From assembly GCA_945859975.1 (NCBI GenBank), contig CAMAPH010000002.1, positions 1 to 64,000 of the forward strand: a stretch of DNA of 64,000 bases, written 5' to 3'. Shown one piece after another: positions 29,277 through 40,225 of this stretch (position 1 is the stretch's first letter; every line of letters starts with the position of its first letter). Below the pieces are notes generated by a model. It was not told the DNA's origin and ran no database searches. It saw nothing but the letters and a program-made list of their open reading frames with translations. The translations under genes and the position numbers were made by a program. The stretch comes from Chthonomonas calidirosea (GTDB lineage Bacteria; Armatimonadota; Fimbriimonadia; Fimbriimonadales; Fimbriimonadaceae).

Positions 29277-29939
29277 ATGAAAACACTTGCCGTCACCATT
29301 GCTACTTCCTCCCTTGCTTTGAGCCTTGTTGCCAGCGGATACGGACAATCTATCAACCGGCTGGATCCGACCGAGTCCGGTCTCGGCGTTCAAATGGTGA
29401 TTCAAACGCAGACCGCCCTAACTCGCGAAGAGGCTGCGGGTCTGCTCTTCATGCGCGAAGAAGAAAAGCTTGCCCAGAACGTTTATTCGTTCCTGGCCAA
29501 AAAGTGGGGGCCGAGACCGTTTGGAAACATCCTCCAAGCGGAAGCCGCGCACACGGCATGGGTGTCCGCTTTGTTGAAAAAGTATGAGATCGCCGATCCT
29601 TCGGCTTCGCTGCCACCTGGAAAGTTTGCCGACCCTACGCTACAAAAGCTGTACAACGAATTCGAAAAGCAAGGCAGCATCTCTCGGATTGAGGCTTTGA
29701 AGGTCGGAGCGACGATCGAGGAAATGGACCTTTTCGACCTGAGTCGATGGGCAAAAACCACGAACCGAGCCGATCTTCGGCAGGTTTACGAAAACTTAGC
29801 TCGTGGATCCCGTAATCACCTTCGGGCATTTGTGCGGAATCTATCGAATGCTGGGTTTACGTACAAGCCAAAACACATTAGCCAGGAAGAGTTCAACAAA
29901 GTGATCTCATCCCAAAACGAACGAGGCGGTGGATTCTAA
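29277..29939 (+). CDS. DUF2202 ferritin-like exported protein
   Basis: MREEEKLA..VY, GATIEE.D, VYENL..GSRNHLRAF; signal peptide. Confidence 0.9.
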   Translation: MKTLAVTIATSSLALSLVASGYGQSINRLDPTESGLGVQMVIQTQTALTREEAAGLLFMREEEKLAQNVYSFLAKKWGPRPFGNILQAEAAHTAWVSALLKKYEIADPSASLPPGKFADPTLQKLYNEFEKQGSISRIEALKVGATIEEMDLFDLSRWAKTTNRADLRQVYENLARGSRNHLRAFVRNLSNAGFTYKPKHISQEEFNKVISSQNERGGGF

Positions 29940-29977
29940 CGATCAGCGAGAATATGAGGCTCGGTTCAACCGAGCCA

Positions 29978-30673
29978 TCACATCCAAAGCTTCTTGGAAC
30001 CAATCGGATTGAGTTTAATTTCTGCCCAGCGCCGGGGGTACTTCGGGCTGCCTTCTGAGACTTTTCGGTAGACCGGGAAGAGTCGCGTGATGTCGGTGCC
30101 CGGCAAGACTCGGTCAACAATCTTCTCAAGCTTGAGGCCTAGTAGGTCCACCGGCATACGCTGGATCGCCTCCATATCGGTGCTCGTGCGCATTGGCAGC
30201 ACCAGTCCGCCAACCTCACACGGCGCAGCGCTTATTTCCAGCTGAATCGGCAAAGGCGCAACCGCGCGCCCCGTGACCACGCCAAAGGCTTCCCTAACTC
30301 CCCACTCTTCCGCCCGATATTGGATCGGCATAAGGTTTGGCACTGCGTTTTCCTTAAGGAATCCAAGCATTTTGCCGTTTGAGTCGACGGCAGTCATCTG
30401 CAAATCTGGACGCGCTACTGCAAGCGGCCATGCTGGGAATCCTGGCCCTGTTCCAATGTCGAGCACGTCCGCACCAGATGGAATGAGATCGTGAAACAGA
30501 AGCGAATCGAGAAAGTGCCGAATGTAGCACTCTTCCCGGGTAATCCGAGTGAGATTCATCACCTCATTCGTTTCGTAGAGTGCCTCTTCAAACCGCTCGA
30601 AGGCCTCGAACTGCTCGTTAGAGAGTTCGAGGCCGATGCTGGCGAGACCAGCGGCGAACGCTTCGCGATTCAA
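29978..30673 (-). CDS. rsmG: 16S rRNA (guanine527-N7) methyltransferase
   Basis: NLTRI, HFLDSL, DIGTGPGFP, RAV, KYPR. Confidence 0.93.
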   Translation of the reverse strand: MNREAFAAGLASIGLELSNEQFEAFERFEEALYETNEVMNLTRITREECYIRHFLDSLLFHDLIPSGADVLDIGTGPGFPAWPLAVARPDLQMTAVDSNGKMLGFLKENAVPNLMPIQYRAEEWGVREAFGVVTGRAVAPLPIQLEISAAPCEVGGLVLPMRTSTDMEAIQRMPVDLLGLKLEKIVDRVLPGTDITRLFPVYRKVSEGSPKYPRRWAEIKLNPIGSKKLWM

Positions 30674-30686
30674 AAGTTGACGAGCC

Positions 30687-33287
30687 TCACTTATTTAAGT
30701 AAGCCTCGACCACTTTTACCGACGACGTGTATTCCTTGTCACCTACTTTGAGGACGACCCGATAGTCACCCGCAGCCGGGAGGCGATTCAGTCGGCCATT
30801 CCACGTGACCACGTTTAGGCCTGCATTGTTGGTGACTCCGCGAAGCTCGGTCGATTCAACGCCTGCCGCGTCGGTGATCGTGATCGTCACGGTTCCCTTG
30901 GAAGCCGATTTCAGCCAGTAGAAGATGCGCGTTCCGGGCTGGGAGTTGTTGACGGCGAAGCCGTCCTCGCCCGCCCACTGGGTGCCGGCGACGCGGCCCA
31001 GAAGCAGGACGTCCTGCGGACGAAACACGGAAACCTCTTTCTCAATCTCCTTGGTCGTAAGTTGCTCAAGGCCACTTACGTCGACCGTCCAGATCGAACG
31101 TCCGTGAGTCGCGATCACAAGGTCGAGCTCGACCGGGTGGACCAGCAGGTCATGAACTGCGACGGTTGGGAAGTTGCCACTTCGGAACCGGGTCCAGTTC
31201 TCACCACGGTTCAAAGAAACGTACAGGGACATTTCCGTACCGAGATACAGGAGATCTGGGTTCTTCTCACCCTCGCGAATCACGTAGGTCGAATCGTTGC
31301 TAGGGAGGCCGTTGTTCAGCTTTTTCCAGGTCTTGCCGAAGTCTTCCGTCACGTACACGTACGGGTTGAAGTCGTTCGAGCGGTGACCGTCAAACGTGGC
31401 ATACGCTCGGCCAGCGACCCACTTAGAAGCGGTCACACGTGAGCACCACACCTCTGCCGGGAGGCCAGGAATGTTGGGCGTCAGGTTGGTCCAGGTCTTG
31501 CCGTCATCCTGCGTCAGCTGCACCAGGCCGTCGTCTGTGCCGACGTAAACCGTGCCCGCCTTGAGTGGCGATTCACCGATGGTGACGATCGTGCAGTGTT
31601 GCTCCGCACCCGTGTTCTCGGGCGTGACGCTGTTCTTTCCGGGCGAGAGCTTCGCCGAATTGTTGGTTGTTAGGTCAGGGGAAATCTCTTCCCAGTTGTC
31701 GCCTCGGTTGACGCTCTTAAAGAGCTTGTTTCCGCCGAAGTAGAGCGTTTTCGCGTTGTGCGCGCTGATGGCAAATGGGGTGTTCCAGTTGAACCGGAGT
31801 CCCTGTCCTCGGGGCCGAATGGAGCGGTTTGCTCCGGTCACAAGGTCGGTTCGGTATGCCGCGCCGCCTTGGCTTTCGGAGTACACGGTTCGCCAGTCGG
31901 TCGGATCGACGAGGTTGTAGAAGCCGTCGCCTCCACCGAGAGGAACACTATGGAAGTACTGGATGTTGCCGTACGCCGTTTGCGTTGGCATTCCCCAGTT
32001 CGAGTTGTCCTGAAGTCCGCCGTAGATCCAGTACGGCCGTCGCGTGTCAACGCCGATTGCGTAGAACTGGCCGATCGCCATTCCGTTAAGGTGACGCCAA
32101 GTCTTGCCTTGGTCGCGCGATTCGAAGGCGCCGCCGTCGGTGCCGGAGATCAAATGCTTCGAATCGGCTGGGTTGATCCAGAGCACGTGCCAGTCCGGGT
32201 GGACGTTCGTGTTCTGCTGCTTGAAGGTCTTGCCTCGATCTTCGGACTTCGCAAGCTCAACTCCAGGCAGATAGATCAGGTCCGGGTTCGCGACGTCGTA
32301 TCGCGGCATGCTGAAGTAGAACGGACGTGGGTTTGTCGCATTCACAAACTTGAACGACTTTCCGCTGTCTTCGGAAACGAAGATGCCGCCGCCGTTCATT
32401 CGAATCGCGCCGCCTTCGGGTGTTCGTCCCTTCATTTCTTCGGCACTCGGCTTGTATTCGATGCTCGCAACGACCTTGTTGGGATCGTTTCGGTGGAAGC
32501 TCAGGCCGACTCGTCCGAGGTTCGAGCGTGGAACGCCACGGCCAATCTTGCTCCAAGCCTTGCCTCCGTTCTCCGTTCGGTAGATCCCCGAACCAGGGCC
32601 GCCGCTGGTGAAATCGTACGCCTTTCGCTCTCGTTGCCACATCGCGGCAATCAAGTTGTCTGGGCTCTTCGGGTTCATGATCAGATCGATGCATCCCGTT
32701 TTGTCATCGACTTTGAGAACCAACTGCCAGGTTTCGCCCCCGTTGGTCGTTTTGTAAACGCCTCGCTCGGGGTTGCTTCCCCACAGCCGGCCAAGCGCCG
32801 CAACGTAAACCACATTGTCGTTCCGAGGATCGATCAGCACCTTGCTGATGTGCATGGTCTCTTTGAGGCCCATGTTCTTCCAACTCTTTCCGCCGTCCGT
32901 GCTTTTGTAGACGCCATCGCCCCAGGCGACTGAGTTTCGGCTACTCGCTTCACCCGTACCAACCCAAACTACGTTCGGGTCTTTCTGCGAGACCGCCGCC
33001 GCGCCAAGGGAGATCGTCCCTTCCTTATCAAAAACCGGAGCGAAGGTTAAGCCGCTGTTATCGGTGCGGAAAAGACCACCGCTAGCGCTGGCCACATAGA
33101 AAATCCGTGGCTCTTTCTCGTAAACCGCGATGTCACTAATTCGGCCGCCCATCGTGGTTGGTCCGATGTTGCGCGGAGAGAGGGTTTGCAGCCACGGCGA
33201 TAGGTCAGCGGGGGCTTGCGCAGAAGCCGCTGGGAAGATCGCCAGCAACGCGCCGGAGGCAACGATTAAGGTGCGGATTCGATTCAT
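30687..33287 (-). CDS. Secreted BNR/VPS10 (sortilin-like) beta-propeller protein
   Basis: Signal peptide from ATG 33287; RNIGP...GGRI and many Asp-box repeats (KSTDGGKSW, TTNGGETW, TEDFGKTW). Confidence 0.9.
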   Translation of the reverse strand: MNRIRTLIVASGALLAIFPAASAQAPADLSPWLQTLSPRNIGPTTMGGRISDIAVYEKEPRIFYVASASGGLFRTDNSGLTFAPVFDKEGTISLGAAAVSQKDPNVVWVGTGEASSRNSVAWGDGVYKSTDGGKSWKNMGLKETMHISKVLIDPRNDNVVYVAALGRLWGSNPERGVYKTTNGGETWQLVLKVDDKTGCIDLIMNPKSPDNLIAAMWQRERKAYDFTSGGPGSGIYRTENGGKAWSKIGRGVPRSNLGRVGLSFHRNDPNKVVASIEYKPSAEEMKGRTPEGGAIRMNGGGIFVSEDSGKSFKFVNATNPRPFYFSMPRYDVANPDLIYLPGVELAKSEDRGKTFKQQNTNVHPDWHVLWINPADSKHLISGTDGGAFESRDQGKTWRHLNGMAIGQFYAIGVDTRRPYWIYGGLQDNSNWGMPTQTAYGNIQYFHSVPLGGGDGFYNLVDPTDWRTVYSESQGGAAYRTDLVTGANRSIRPRGQGLRFNWNTPFAISAHNAKTLYFGGNKLFKSVNRGDNWEEISPDLTTNNSAKLSPGKNSVTPENTGAEQHCTIVTIGESPLKAGTVYVGTDDGLVQLTQDDGKTWTNLTPNIPGLPAEVWCSRVTASKWVAGRAYATFDGHRSNDFNPYVYVTEDFGKTWKKLNNGLPSNDSTYVIREGEKNPDLLYLGTEMSLYVSLNRGENWTRFRSGNFPTVAVHDLLVHPVELDLVIATHGRSIWTVDVSGLEQLTTKEIEKEVSVFRPQDVLLLGRVAGTQWAGEDGFAVNNSQPGTRIFYWLKSASKGTVTITITDAAGVESTELRGVTNNAGLNVVTWNGRLNRLPAAGDYRVVLKVGDKEYTSSVKVVEAYLNK

Positions 33288-33365
33288 CGGAATGCAGGGA
33301 CCATACCGCAACCAGACCGAGATGTAAATAGATGATGTATTTAGCCTCACCGGTACACTCCCAGC

Positions 33366-34553
33366 ATGGATTTTCAACTCACCGCCGAGCATGAACTGAT
33401 CCGGGAAATGGCTTACAAGTTTGGACAGCAGGAAGTTGTCCCTGACGTGACCGCCCGAGATCGAGAAGCGAAATCAGATCGCGCCATGCTTGAGAAAATG
33501 GGAGCCGCCGGGATTCTTGGCGTCTCCATTCCAGAGGCTTACGGTGGCTCCGGAACCGACTACATCTCCCTCGGACTCGTTTGTGAAGAGCTTGAGCGAG
33601 CCGACACCACCGCACGCGTGGTCATGTCGGTCCACAGTGGCCTTCATGCGCTTACCTTGCTGCAATGGGGCACCGAGGAGCAAAAGCAGCGCTGGCTGCC
33701 CGGACTTGCGAGCGGAAAGTTGATCGGCGCCTTCGGACTTACCGAGCCCAATGCAGGATCGGACGCGGCAAACATTTCCACGACTGCCGTAAAGGACGGC
33801 GATAGCTACGTGATCAACGGCCAGAAGACTTGGATTTCGTTGGCCGATTATGCCGACCAGTTCCTCTTGATCACTAGGCTCTCTGGATCGGACGCGAAGG
33901 CGCCGTATGCGGCCTTCATCGTCGACCGAAACACGCCCGGCTTTAGCAGCCGCGCGCTTCACGGAAAGCTCGGCGTCCGCGCCGGCAATACCGGCGAAAT
34001 TTTCTTTGAGGACATGCGAATTTCCGCAGACTGCCGAATTGGCGAAGAAGGAGACGGATTCAAAGTCGCGATGTCGGCGCTGGATCATGGTCGTTACACC
34101 GTCGCGGCTGGCGCTGTCGGCATCATTACGGCTTGTTTGGATGCTTGCACCCGATACGCCAAGGACCGAACCGTACAGGGCGAACCGATTGCTAAGAAGC
34201 AGTTGGTTCAGCAGATGATTGCCAGCATGGTCCAGGGCCGTGATATTGGACGTCTCCTTTACTACCAAGTCGGCTGGATGAAAAACGAAGGCCTCCGCCA
34301 CACGCGCGAATGCAGCATGGCCAAATGGACCAATTGTGAGCGTGCATTCGACGCTGCGAACAAGGCGGTTGAGATTCATGGCGCTTACGGCTTCATCGAT
34401 GACTTCCCCGTCGAGCGGTACTTCCGCAACAGCCGCGGCGCAATGATCTACGAAGGCACCCACGAAATTCACACTCTGATGCAGGCCGAGTACGAGTTGG
34501 GCTATCGATCCGACAAACCGCTGGCGCGAACCTTGCCGACCTGGCCGAGCTAA
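33366..34553 (+). CDS. Acyl-CoA dehydrogenase
   Basis: FGLTEPNAGSD, INGQKTWI, HGAYG, IYEGT. Confidence 0.95.
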   Translation: MDFQLTAEHELIREMAYKFGQQEVVPDVTARDREAKSDRAMLEKMGAAGILGVSIPEAYGGSGTDYISLGLVCEELERADTTARVVMSVHSGLHALTLLQWGTEEQKQRWLPGLASGKLIGAFGLTEPNAGSDAANISTTAVKDGDSYVINGQKTWISLADYADQFLLITRLSGSDAKAPYAAFIVDRNTPGFSSRALHGKLGVRAGNTGEIFFEDMRISADCRIGEEGDGFKVAMSALDHGRYTVAAGAVGIITACLDACTRYAKDRTVQGEPIAKKQLVQQMIASMVQGRDIGRLLYYQVGWMKNEGLRHTRECSMAKWTNCERAFDAANKAVEIHGAYGFIDDFPVERYFRNSRGAMIYEGTHEIHTLMQAEYELGYRSDKPLARTLPTWPS

Positions 34554-34557
34554 CGCC

Positions 34558-35127
34558 GTGCCGACCTTCCGGTTTTGGAAACCCTACGGGGTTCTCTGTC
34601 AATTCACCGATCCGGAAGGTCGACCAACGCTCGCCGATTACGTGAAGGTCCCGGGCGTCTATGCCGCAGGTCGGCTCGACTTTGATAGCGAAGGGCTCCT
34701 GATTCTCACTTCTGACGGCGCTTTGAATGCCCGGCTCACAAGCCCAAAATTTGCGCACGAGAAAACGTACTGGGTTCAAGTGGAGGGGATTCCATCAGCC
34801 GATCAACTCGCACAATTACGGACCGGGGTCGATCTGAAGGACGGGCGAACCCGTCCAGCAAATGCCCGGCTGCTTGAAGGACCTCCAACCATTCCTCCGC
34901 GGCCAGTGTCCGTTAGGTTTCGCGCAAACATTCCGACGACTTGGATCGAGCTCAAAATCACCGAAGGCCGGAATCGGCAAGTTCGCCGGATGACGGCGGC
35001 GGTTGGACTTCCTACACTTCGGCTTTTGCGCTGGGCCATTGGGCCCATTGACCTATCAAATCTTGAGCCAGGCGAACTTTCCGAAGTCACTGACGTCCAA
35101 AATGCCTTCTTTCCAAAGCGAAATTAG
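34558..35127 (+). CDS. rluE: 23S rRNA pseudouridine synthase, RluE-like (RsuA family)
   Basis: KPYGVLCQFTD, AGRLDFDSEGL, KTYWVQVEG, EGRNRQVRRMTAAVG. Confidence 0.88.
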   Translation: MPTFRFWKPYGVLCQFTDPEGRPTLADYVKVPGVYAAGRLDFDSEGLLILTSDGALNARLTSPKFAHEKTYWVQVEGIPSADQLAQLRTGVDLKDGRTRPANARLLEGPPTIPPRPVSVRFRANIPTTWIELKITEGRNRQVRRMTAAVGLPTLRLLRWAIGPIDLSNLEPGELSEVTDVQNAFFPKRN

Positions 35128-35201
35128 CAGAAAACCAAAAGGAGTTGTATATTGGGTGAGCAACCAGTGATGTCTTCGCATTACCGGGGCTGGAATTTTT
35201 T

Positions 35202-36089
35202 ATGGCACGCACTCACCTCAATCGAAAGGGCTTTACGCTTATCGAGCTCCTCGTTGTCATCGCCATCATCGCTATCTTGGCGGCAATCCTCTTCCCCGTA
35301 TTCGCACAGGCTAAGGAAGCCGCGAAGAAGACTCAAGACCTCAGCAACAACAAGCAGATTCTGCTTGCCACGCAGATGTACATGGGCGACTTTGACGACA
35401 TCTACCCGATGCTCCGAAATGGCCAGACCTTCTGGTCGGCAAACGTGACCGCACCGCAGATCAACAGCGGCCACAACATGGTCAACCCGTACATCAAGAG
35501 CAAGGCCATGTGGCGATCGCCAAACGACACCATGGGTCGATGCGACGCGAACTCTACGGGCTACTCGACCAACGAGAACCACGCAACCGGCGGAGTCGTT
35601 AGCTACGTCTTCACCTACAACTCTCCAAACCGAGCCCATGCCTACGGCATTGCTGGCTGGGATAGCACCGGCGCAGCGGGAACTACGGTCCAGACGTTCA
35701 AGTCTGCTTCGAAGTCTGGAACGGAAATTGGAAACGTTGGCCTCACGATCTTCTTGATCCCAAGCTACGTTTCTTGGACCTACTGGAACGGTCTGATGCA
35801 GCACCGAAACGACCAGCGCGAGTACGCGTTCGCACCTGGAACGCCCGGCGTTGCCGGACACGCACTTTGGCCAAGGGTCAACTCGATCCCAGGCGCTTGG
35901 TGCAACACCCAGGATGCCATCTCCCTTGGTAACTACGGCGGAAACACGAACTTCGGATTCGCCGACGGTCACAGCAAGTCGATGAACCGAAACAGCATCA
36001 TGGATGCACGTTGGGCTTCTGCTCCGGCAGACGCAATCGCGAACAACGCGCGGAACCTCATCCACACGGACGAGCGCTACAAGAACTGA
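35202..36089 (+). CDS. Prepilin-type N-terminal cleavage/methylation domain protein (H-X9-DG-like)
   Basis: [31 protein letters not shown] and C-terminal [15 protein letters not shown]. Confidence 0.92.
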   Translation: MARTHLNRKGFTLIELLVVIAIIAILAAILFPVFAQAKEAAKKTQDLSNNKQILLATQMYMGDFDDIYPMLRNGQTFWSANVTAPQINSGHNMVNPYIKSKAMWRSPNDTMGRCDANSTGYSTNENHATGGVVSYVFTYNSPNRAHAYGIAGWDSTGAAGTTVQTFKSASKSGTEIGNVGLTIFLIPSYVSWTYWNGLMQHRNDQREYAFAPGTPGVAGHALWPRVNSIPGAWCNTQDAISLGNYGGNTNFGFADGHSKSMNRNSIMDARWASAPADAIANNARNLIHTDERYKN

Positions 36090-36346
36090 TGAACGAGAAC
36101 GCGAAGAAAGCTGGACTAGTTGCGATCATCGTGCTCGCGGTTGGCGCGGCTGCATTCAGCGCTTACAACATGAGCCAGGGGGACAAAATGGTCATTGATA
36201 GCGTGACCAAAATGCCCGAAGGCCACAAGTCGGAGAAAGAGCTTGCGCTTGAATCTCAAGCGCAAGCGGGCGCGGCAGCACCTGCACCAGCAGGTGAAAA
36301 AGACCTCGGCGGCGACTTGACCGGCGCAGGCGGCGGAAAGGAGTAA
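36089..36346 (+). CDS. Small single-pass membrane protein coupled to the prepilin-like gene
   Basis: TGATG overlap at 36087-36091; MNENAKK followed by a TM (AGLVAIIVLAVGAAAF) and a low-complexity tail. Confidence 0.75.
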   Translation: MNENAKKAGLVAIIVLAVGAAAFSAYNMSQGDKMVIDSVTKMPEGHKSEKELALESQAQAGAAAPAPAGEKDLGGDLTGAGGGKE

Positions 36347-36359
36347 TTCCTTTTTGTCG

Positions 36360-36395
36360 ATGGCCCCCGATCCAGCGGATCGGGGGCCATTTTTT
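36360..36395 (+). terminator. Intrinsic terminator
   Basis: ATGGCCCCCGATCC-agc-GGATCGGGGGCCAT followed by a T run. Confidence 0.88.
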
Positions 36396-36699
36396 ATTTG
36401 AGTGCTTCGGCCAGATCGGCCTTCAAAAGAATGAAACGCTCGTTCCCACTGCCGACACCGATGAGGCCATGGACTTCTGTCTCGGTGGTCTCAAACGTCA
36501 AGCCCAGCAGATCATCATTCTTTTGCGGTGCACCTGTGGCGAGGTCGCTCAAGACGGCCAGGGGCAGCTCTTCTTCTACCTTTCTGCCAGCGAAGTCTTG
36601 ATCAATGTGGAGCGTGGCCGTATCTCCGTCGAGCTCAATATCCAGCGTAAACGGAGTGGATTCTCGAAATCCGTTGAGTAGCGCAACTTTGCGAACCAT
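36394..36699 (-). CDS. Hypothetical protein
   Basis: 101-aa ORF with natural composition; TAGAAT 6 nt upstream of the ATG. Confidence 0.6.
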   Translation of the reverse strand: MVRKVALLNGFRESTPFTLDIELDGDTATLHIDQDFAGRKVEEELPLAVLSDLATGAPQKNDDLLGLTFETTETEVHGLIGVGSGNERFILLKADLAEALK

Positions 36700-36728
36700 G
36701 GAGCGATTCTACGCATCCATACTTCAAC

Positions 36729-37469
36729 ATGCCGTCACTCAAGGTCGTGACTTACAACATTCGCCTTTCCGCCGGAAACGATGGTCCCAATTCTTGGCCG
36801 TTTCGGGCAAAACGGTTGTGTGACTACGTTGCCGAGTTAGACGCCGACATCGTCGGGATTCAGGAGGCCCTGCCCGATCAGGTCGAGGCGCTGGAGAAAG
36901 CGCTCCCGGGCTACCAACGGTATGGAGTCGGTCGAGAAGATGGCAAATCTAAGGGCGAGCATTGCGCAATCTACATCCGGTCTAGTCTCAAAGCGACCGC
37001 CTCGGGCACGTTCTGGTTTTCGGATACCCCTACCGTGCCGAACAGCATGCACTGGGGCAACCGAATCACTCGCATCACGAGCTGGGTGAAGATCGAACAT
37101 CCGGCAGGTCAGATTGTGGTGACCAACTCACATCTGGACCACGAATCGGACGAGAGTCGGCGAAAGAGCGTCCTAGCCCTGACCGAGTTTCTGGAGCCTT
37201 TCCAACTTTCGTTCTTGGCTCTTGGCGATTTCAACATGGCTCCGAGCAATCCAAACCTACAGCCGCTCTTCAAGCTTGGCAACGAGGCGCTCGCGCAAGC
37301 AGATTTGGCTGGAAAGCCGACTTTTCACGGTTGGAACTTTGGCGAAGGAACGGACCAGATTGACTACGTATTTGCTGCGCCGCACTTTGAGTTACTTGAT
37401 GCCGATTCGCCCCGGGTCCCCCACTCCGATCACTATCCCGTAGTCGCTACGTATCGGTTCTTGGGATAG
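36729..37469 (+). CDS. Endonuclease/exonuclease/phosphatase family protein
   Basis: TYNIR, DIVGIQE, GDFN, IDY, SDHYP. Confidence 0.93.
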   Translation: MPSLKVVTYNIRLSAGNDGPNSWPFRAKRLCDYVAELDADIVGIQEALPDQVEALEKALPGYQRYGVGREDGKSKGEHCAIYIRSSLKATASGTFWFSDTPTVPNSMHWGNRITRITSWVKIEHPAGQIVVTNSHLDHESDESRRKSVLALTEFLEPFQLSFLALGDFNMAPSNPNLQPLFKLGNEALAQADLAGKPTFHGWNFGEGTDQIDYVFAAPHFELLDADSPRVPHSDHYPVVATYRFLG

Positions 37470-37492
37470 GCCAAGCTGGGTTAAATGAATCT

Positions 37493-37900
37493 ATGACGGT
37501 CAAGGATGCGATTCTCGACGGGTTGAAATACGATCAGTGGGCGAACGACCTTTGGGACAAGACGCTCCTGGAATGGTCCAACCCACGGGCAAACGAAACG
37601 CGAGGTCACATGACCAACGCCAAGCGCAGTTGGCTTGAGCGTATGACCGGAGAACCTCACGATGTCCGAGAGATTGAGCTTGACGCGCGATACATCGCCT
37701 TTGTTCTGGAATCTGATCTGACCCACGAGCTCGAGTATCGGAACCTCCGTGGCGACACTTTCCGCCAGCCTTTGCACCAGATTCTCCGCCATGTCGTGTT
37801 TCACGGTCAGTACCACCGAGGACAGTTGCGGGCGCTGGCTGAGGAAGACGGCATTGCCTGGCCTGAGACCGACATGATCGCCTTCTTTCGCGCCGCGTAG
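37493..37900 (+). CDS. DinB family protein
   Basis: Y..WAN, H...A...[13 protein letters not shown]. Confidence 0.85.
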   Translation: MTVKDAILDGLKYDQWANDLWDKTLLEWSNPRANETRGHMTNAKRSWLERMTGEPHDVREIELDARYIAFVLESDLTHELEYRNLRGDTFRQPLHQILRHVVFHGQYHRGQLRALAEEDGIAWPETDMIAFFRAA

Positions 37901-37932
37901 CGGTAAAGATGGGTGCGAGTAAAATTTGCTCG

Positions 37933-38535
37933 ATGCCAAAGCTCATTCTCGTTCGACACGGTCAGTCACTCTGGAATCTTGAAGACCGCTTTACCGGCTG
38001 GGTAGACGTGCCGTTGACCGCGCAGGGTCGCGAAGAAGCCTCTAAGGCAGGAGTCAAGCTGGCCGAGTACTCCATTGACGTGGCATACACGAGCAACCTT
38101 GCTCGAGCTCAAAACACGTTGGCGCTGATTTTGGAAGCGACCGGCAAGCAAGTGCCTATTATCAAGGACGAAGCGCTAAACGAGCGCCATTACGGAGACC
38201 TGCAGGGCCTCAATAAAAAGCGAACCGCTGAGCAATACGGCGAGGAGCAGGTCCACATTTGGCGACGAAGCTACAACGTTCCACCGCCAAACGGCGAGAG
38301 CTTGGAAATGACTGCGGCACGGACACTACCTTTCTTTGAGCGATGCATCCTCGGCGACATCGCCCAAGGCAAGGACGTTCTGGTGGTTGCCCACGGAAAC
38401 AGCAATCGCAGCATCGTTATGAAGCTGGACAACCTGACCCAAGAAGAGGTCTTGAACCTGAACCTGGGTACCGCCGTTCCGGTCGTTTATGACCTGAGCA
38501 ACGAAGGCGAAGTTCTCGGCAAAGAAATCCTCTAA
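37933..38535 (+). CDS. gpmA: 2,3-bisphosphoglycerate-dependent phosphoglycerate mutase
   Basis: [37 protein letters not shown]. Confidence 0.95.
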   Translation: MPKLILVRHGQSLWNLEDRFTGWVDVPLTAQGREEASKAGVKLAEYSIDVAYTSNLARAQNTLALILEATGKQVPIIKDEALNERHYGDLQGLNKKRTAEQYGEEQVHIWRRSYNVPPPNGESLEMTAARTLPFFERCILGDIAQGKDVLVVAHGNSNRSIVMKLDNLTQEEVLNLNLGTAVPVVYDLSNEGEVLGKEIL

Positions 38536-39965
38536 ATGAGGTTGGCGGCGAATTTGCCGCTGAGCGTTACCATCGGCAGCCCGGCTCCGGGCTGCACGCT
38601 TCCACCGCAATAGATCAAATTCTTGATCTTGGGATCACGGTTCGGATGGGGGAGCATCCCTTTGAAAGGCCGGTGCTTTTCGTCTTCCCCGTACAGCGAT
38701 CCTCGATAGTTTCCGTCTCGCTCTCGGAAGGTCATCGGCGTTTGTACGCGCTCGAAGATGGGTTCAGACAGGTCGATTCCAAACTTTTCAAGAACGGACC
38801 TGGTTTGTTCCTTGGCTTTCGATTGTAACGTCTTCCAGTCGAGATGCTGCTCTTCTGCCGGACAGGTTACGACGGCGAAGAAATTGCTCGTTCCCGGAGG
38901 AGCGCCCTCTGGATCCAGCTCCGTGGTTTCGTTCACGTACACGATGGGCTCGCCAGGAAAGTTCCGGGCGTCGTACAGATCCTCAAAGCTTTGAACGTAG
39001 TTCTTCGGAATGAAGAGCGAGTGATGCTTGAGGTCGGGGAACGTTCGCGGGAGCCCGTAGTGAAGCGTAAAGTAGCTGAACGACGGGGCATTGCTTGATG
39101 GCGTTCCAAGCATGCCTTGAACGGTGGTCCGATCTAGGTTCGAGATCAGCGTTTGAAACTCAACCTGCTCCCCACTTTCGAGAGTCGCGGACTTGACTTG
39201 GCCGTTCGCCACGTTCAGTCCCGTGACTTTGGTGTTGAAGCGGAACTCGACTCCGAGTTCGGTGGCCAACTTGTAAAGCGCCGATGGGATTTGTCCAACT
39301 CCACCGACGGGATAGAACACACCGCCGGCGATCATGAAGTACGGAATAAAGAGCGCCCCAGCGCCGGTGCCGTCGAGCGACTGGCCGCTGTAAGATGGAA
39401 AACCGTAGAAGAATGCCCTGAGCAGCGGGCTCTCGAACCACTTATCGATCTGCTGGCGATAGTTACCCTGCAGGCTCATGCCGAGGCCCATCTTGATGAA
39501 CTTGGGCGAAGCGAACTGCCACCACTGATCGATCGGGTGGTCAAAAATCGTCTCGTGAACCAGGGGAACGATCTTGTCAAAGCGCTCGAACATGGCTTTG
39601 AAGTTCGCGCCGTCTTTCGCGCCGAACGAGCTGACCAAACGCTCGCACCCTTGCCGATCTCCAGGGAGATCGATGGCTTCTTGCCCTTCGAAGAAAACGC
39701 GTGTGATCGGGTCTAGCCGCACGAACTGGAGGTAGTCCGACATCTTCCTTCCAGCGGCCTTAAAGACCGCTTCATAGACTTCTGGAAGGATGATGATGCT
39801 TGGGCCCGGGTCCAACCGAAACCCGTGAGTGGAGATCGAAGCGGCTTTGCCGCCGGGTACTTCCCTTTGCTCCAACACGAGCACGTCGTGCCCCTTTAGG
39901 CGAGCGTGGATAGCGGCGCTGAGGCCACCTACGCCCGCTCCAAGCACAACGACGGCTTTACGCAC
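38532..39965 (-). CDS. Phytoene desaturase (CrtI/CrtN/CrtP) family FAD oxidoreductase
   Basis: [38 protein letters not shown]. Confidence 0.88.
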   Translation of the reverse strand: MRKAVVVLGAGVGGLSAAIHARLKGHDVLVLEQREVPGGKAASISTHGFRLDPGPSIIILPEVYEAVFKAAGRKMSDYLQFVRLDPITRVFFEGQEAIDLPGDRQGCERLVSSFGAKDGANFKAMFERFDKIVPLVHETIFDHPIDQWWQFASPKFIKMGLGMSLQGNYRQQIDKWFESPLLRAFFYGFPSYSGQSLDGTGAGALFIPYFMIAGGVFYPVGGVGQIPSALYKLATELGVEFRFNTKVTGLNVANGQVKSATLESGEQVEFQTLISNLDRTTVQGMLGTPSSNAPSFSYFTLHYGLPRTFPDLKHHSLFIPKNYVQSFEDLYDARNFPGEPIVYVNETTELDPEGAPPGTSNFFAVVTCPAEEQHLDWKTLQSKAKEQTRSVLEKFGIDLSEPIFERVQTPMTFRERDGNYRGSLYGEDEKHRPFKGMLPHPNRDPKIKNLIYCGGSVQPGAGLPMVTLSGKFAANLI

Positions 39966-39967
39966 GC

Positions 39968-40159
39968 TCAGCTTGCGCGGCCTTCTTCGACGCGGCTGAA
40001 CCGCTGCTCTAGGGTGTCAACTTGGGTAGCCAATCGGTCCAGCAACAAATCGGGATCGCGATTTGCGATGACTTCTTGCAGGCGACGAACTAACAAAGTT
40101 CCAACGGCCCCTACCGCGATACCAATAAACAATCCTGTTGCTACTCGACTCACGTTCAT
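39968..40159 (-). CDS. Small membrane-anchored hypothetical protein
   Basis: MNVSRVATGLFIGIAVGAVG TM plus short helical tail; ends 2 nt before the crtI-family start. Confidence 0.55.
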   Translation of the reverse strand: MNVSRVATGLFIGIAVGAVGTLLVRRLQEVIANRDPDLLLDRLATQVDTLEQRFSRVEEGRAS

Positions 40160-40177
40160 TTTGTACCTGAATAAACG

Positions 40178-40212
40178 AAAAGCCCCTCTCGGTTGTTCCA
40201 CCGAGAGGGGCT
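40178..40212 (-). terminator. Intrinsic terminator of the large surface-protein gene
   Basis: AGCCCCTCTCGGT-ggaaca-ACCGAGAGGGGCT-TTT on the minus strand. Confidence 0.8.
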
Positions 40213-40225
40213 AAGGTCCGAACGA

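Noticed and set aside
31758..34472. 391-aa and 332-aa ORFs antisense to the VPS10 and acyl-CoA dehydrogenase genes
   Set aside because: Fully overlap confident genes on the other strand; composition typical of shadow frames.
36360..36390. Perfect inverted repeats here and at 40181, 55663 and 58440 as possible MITE/REP or CRISPR repeats
   Set aside because: The sequences are unrelated to one another, single-copy, and sit directly after stop codons with T tracts, so they are terminators.
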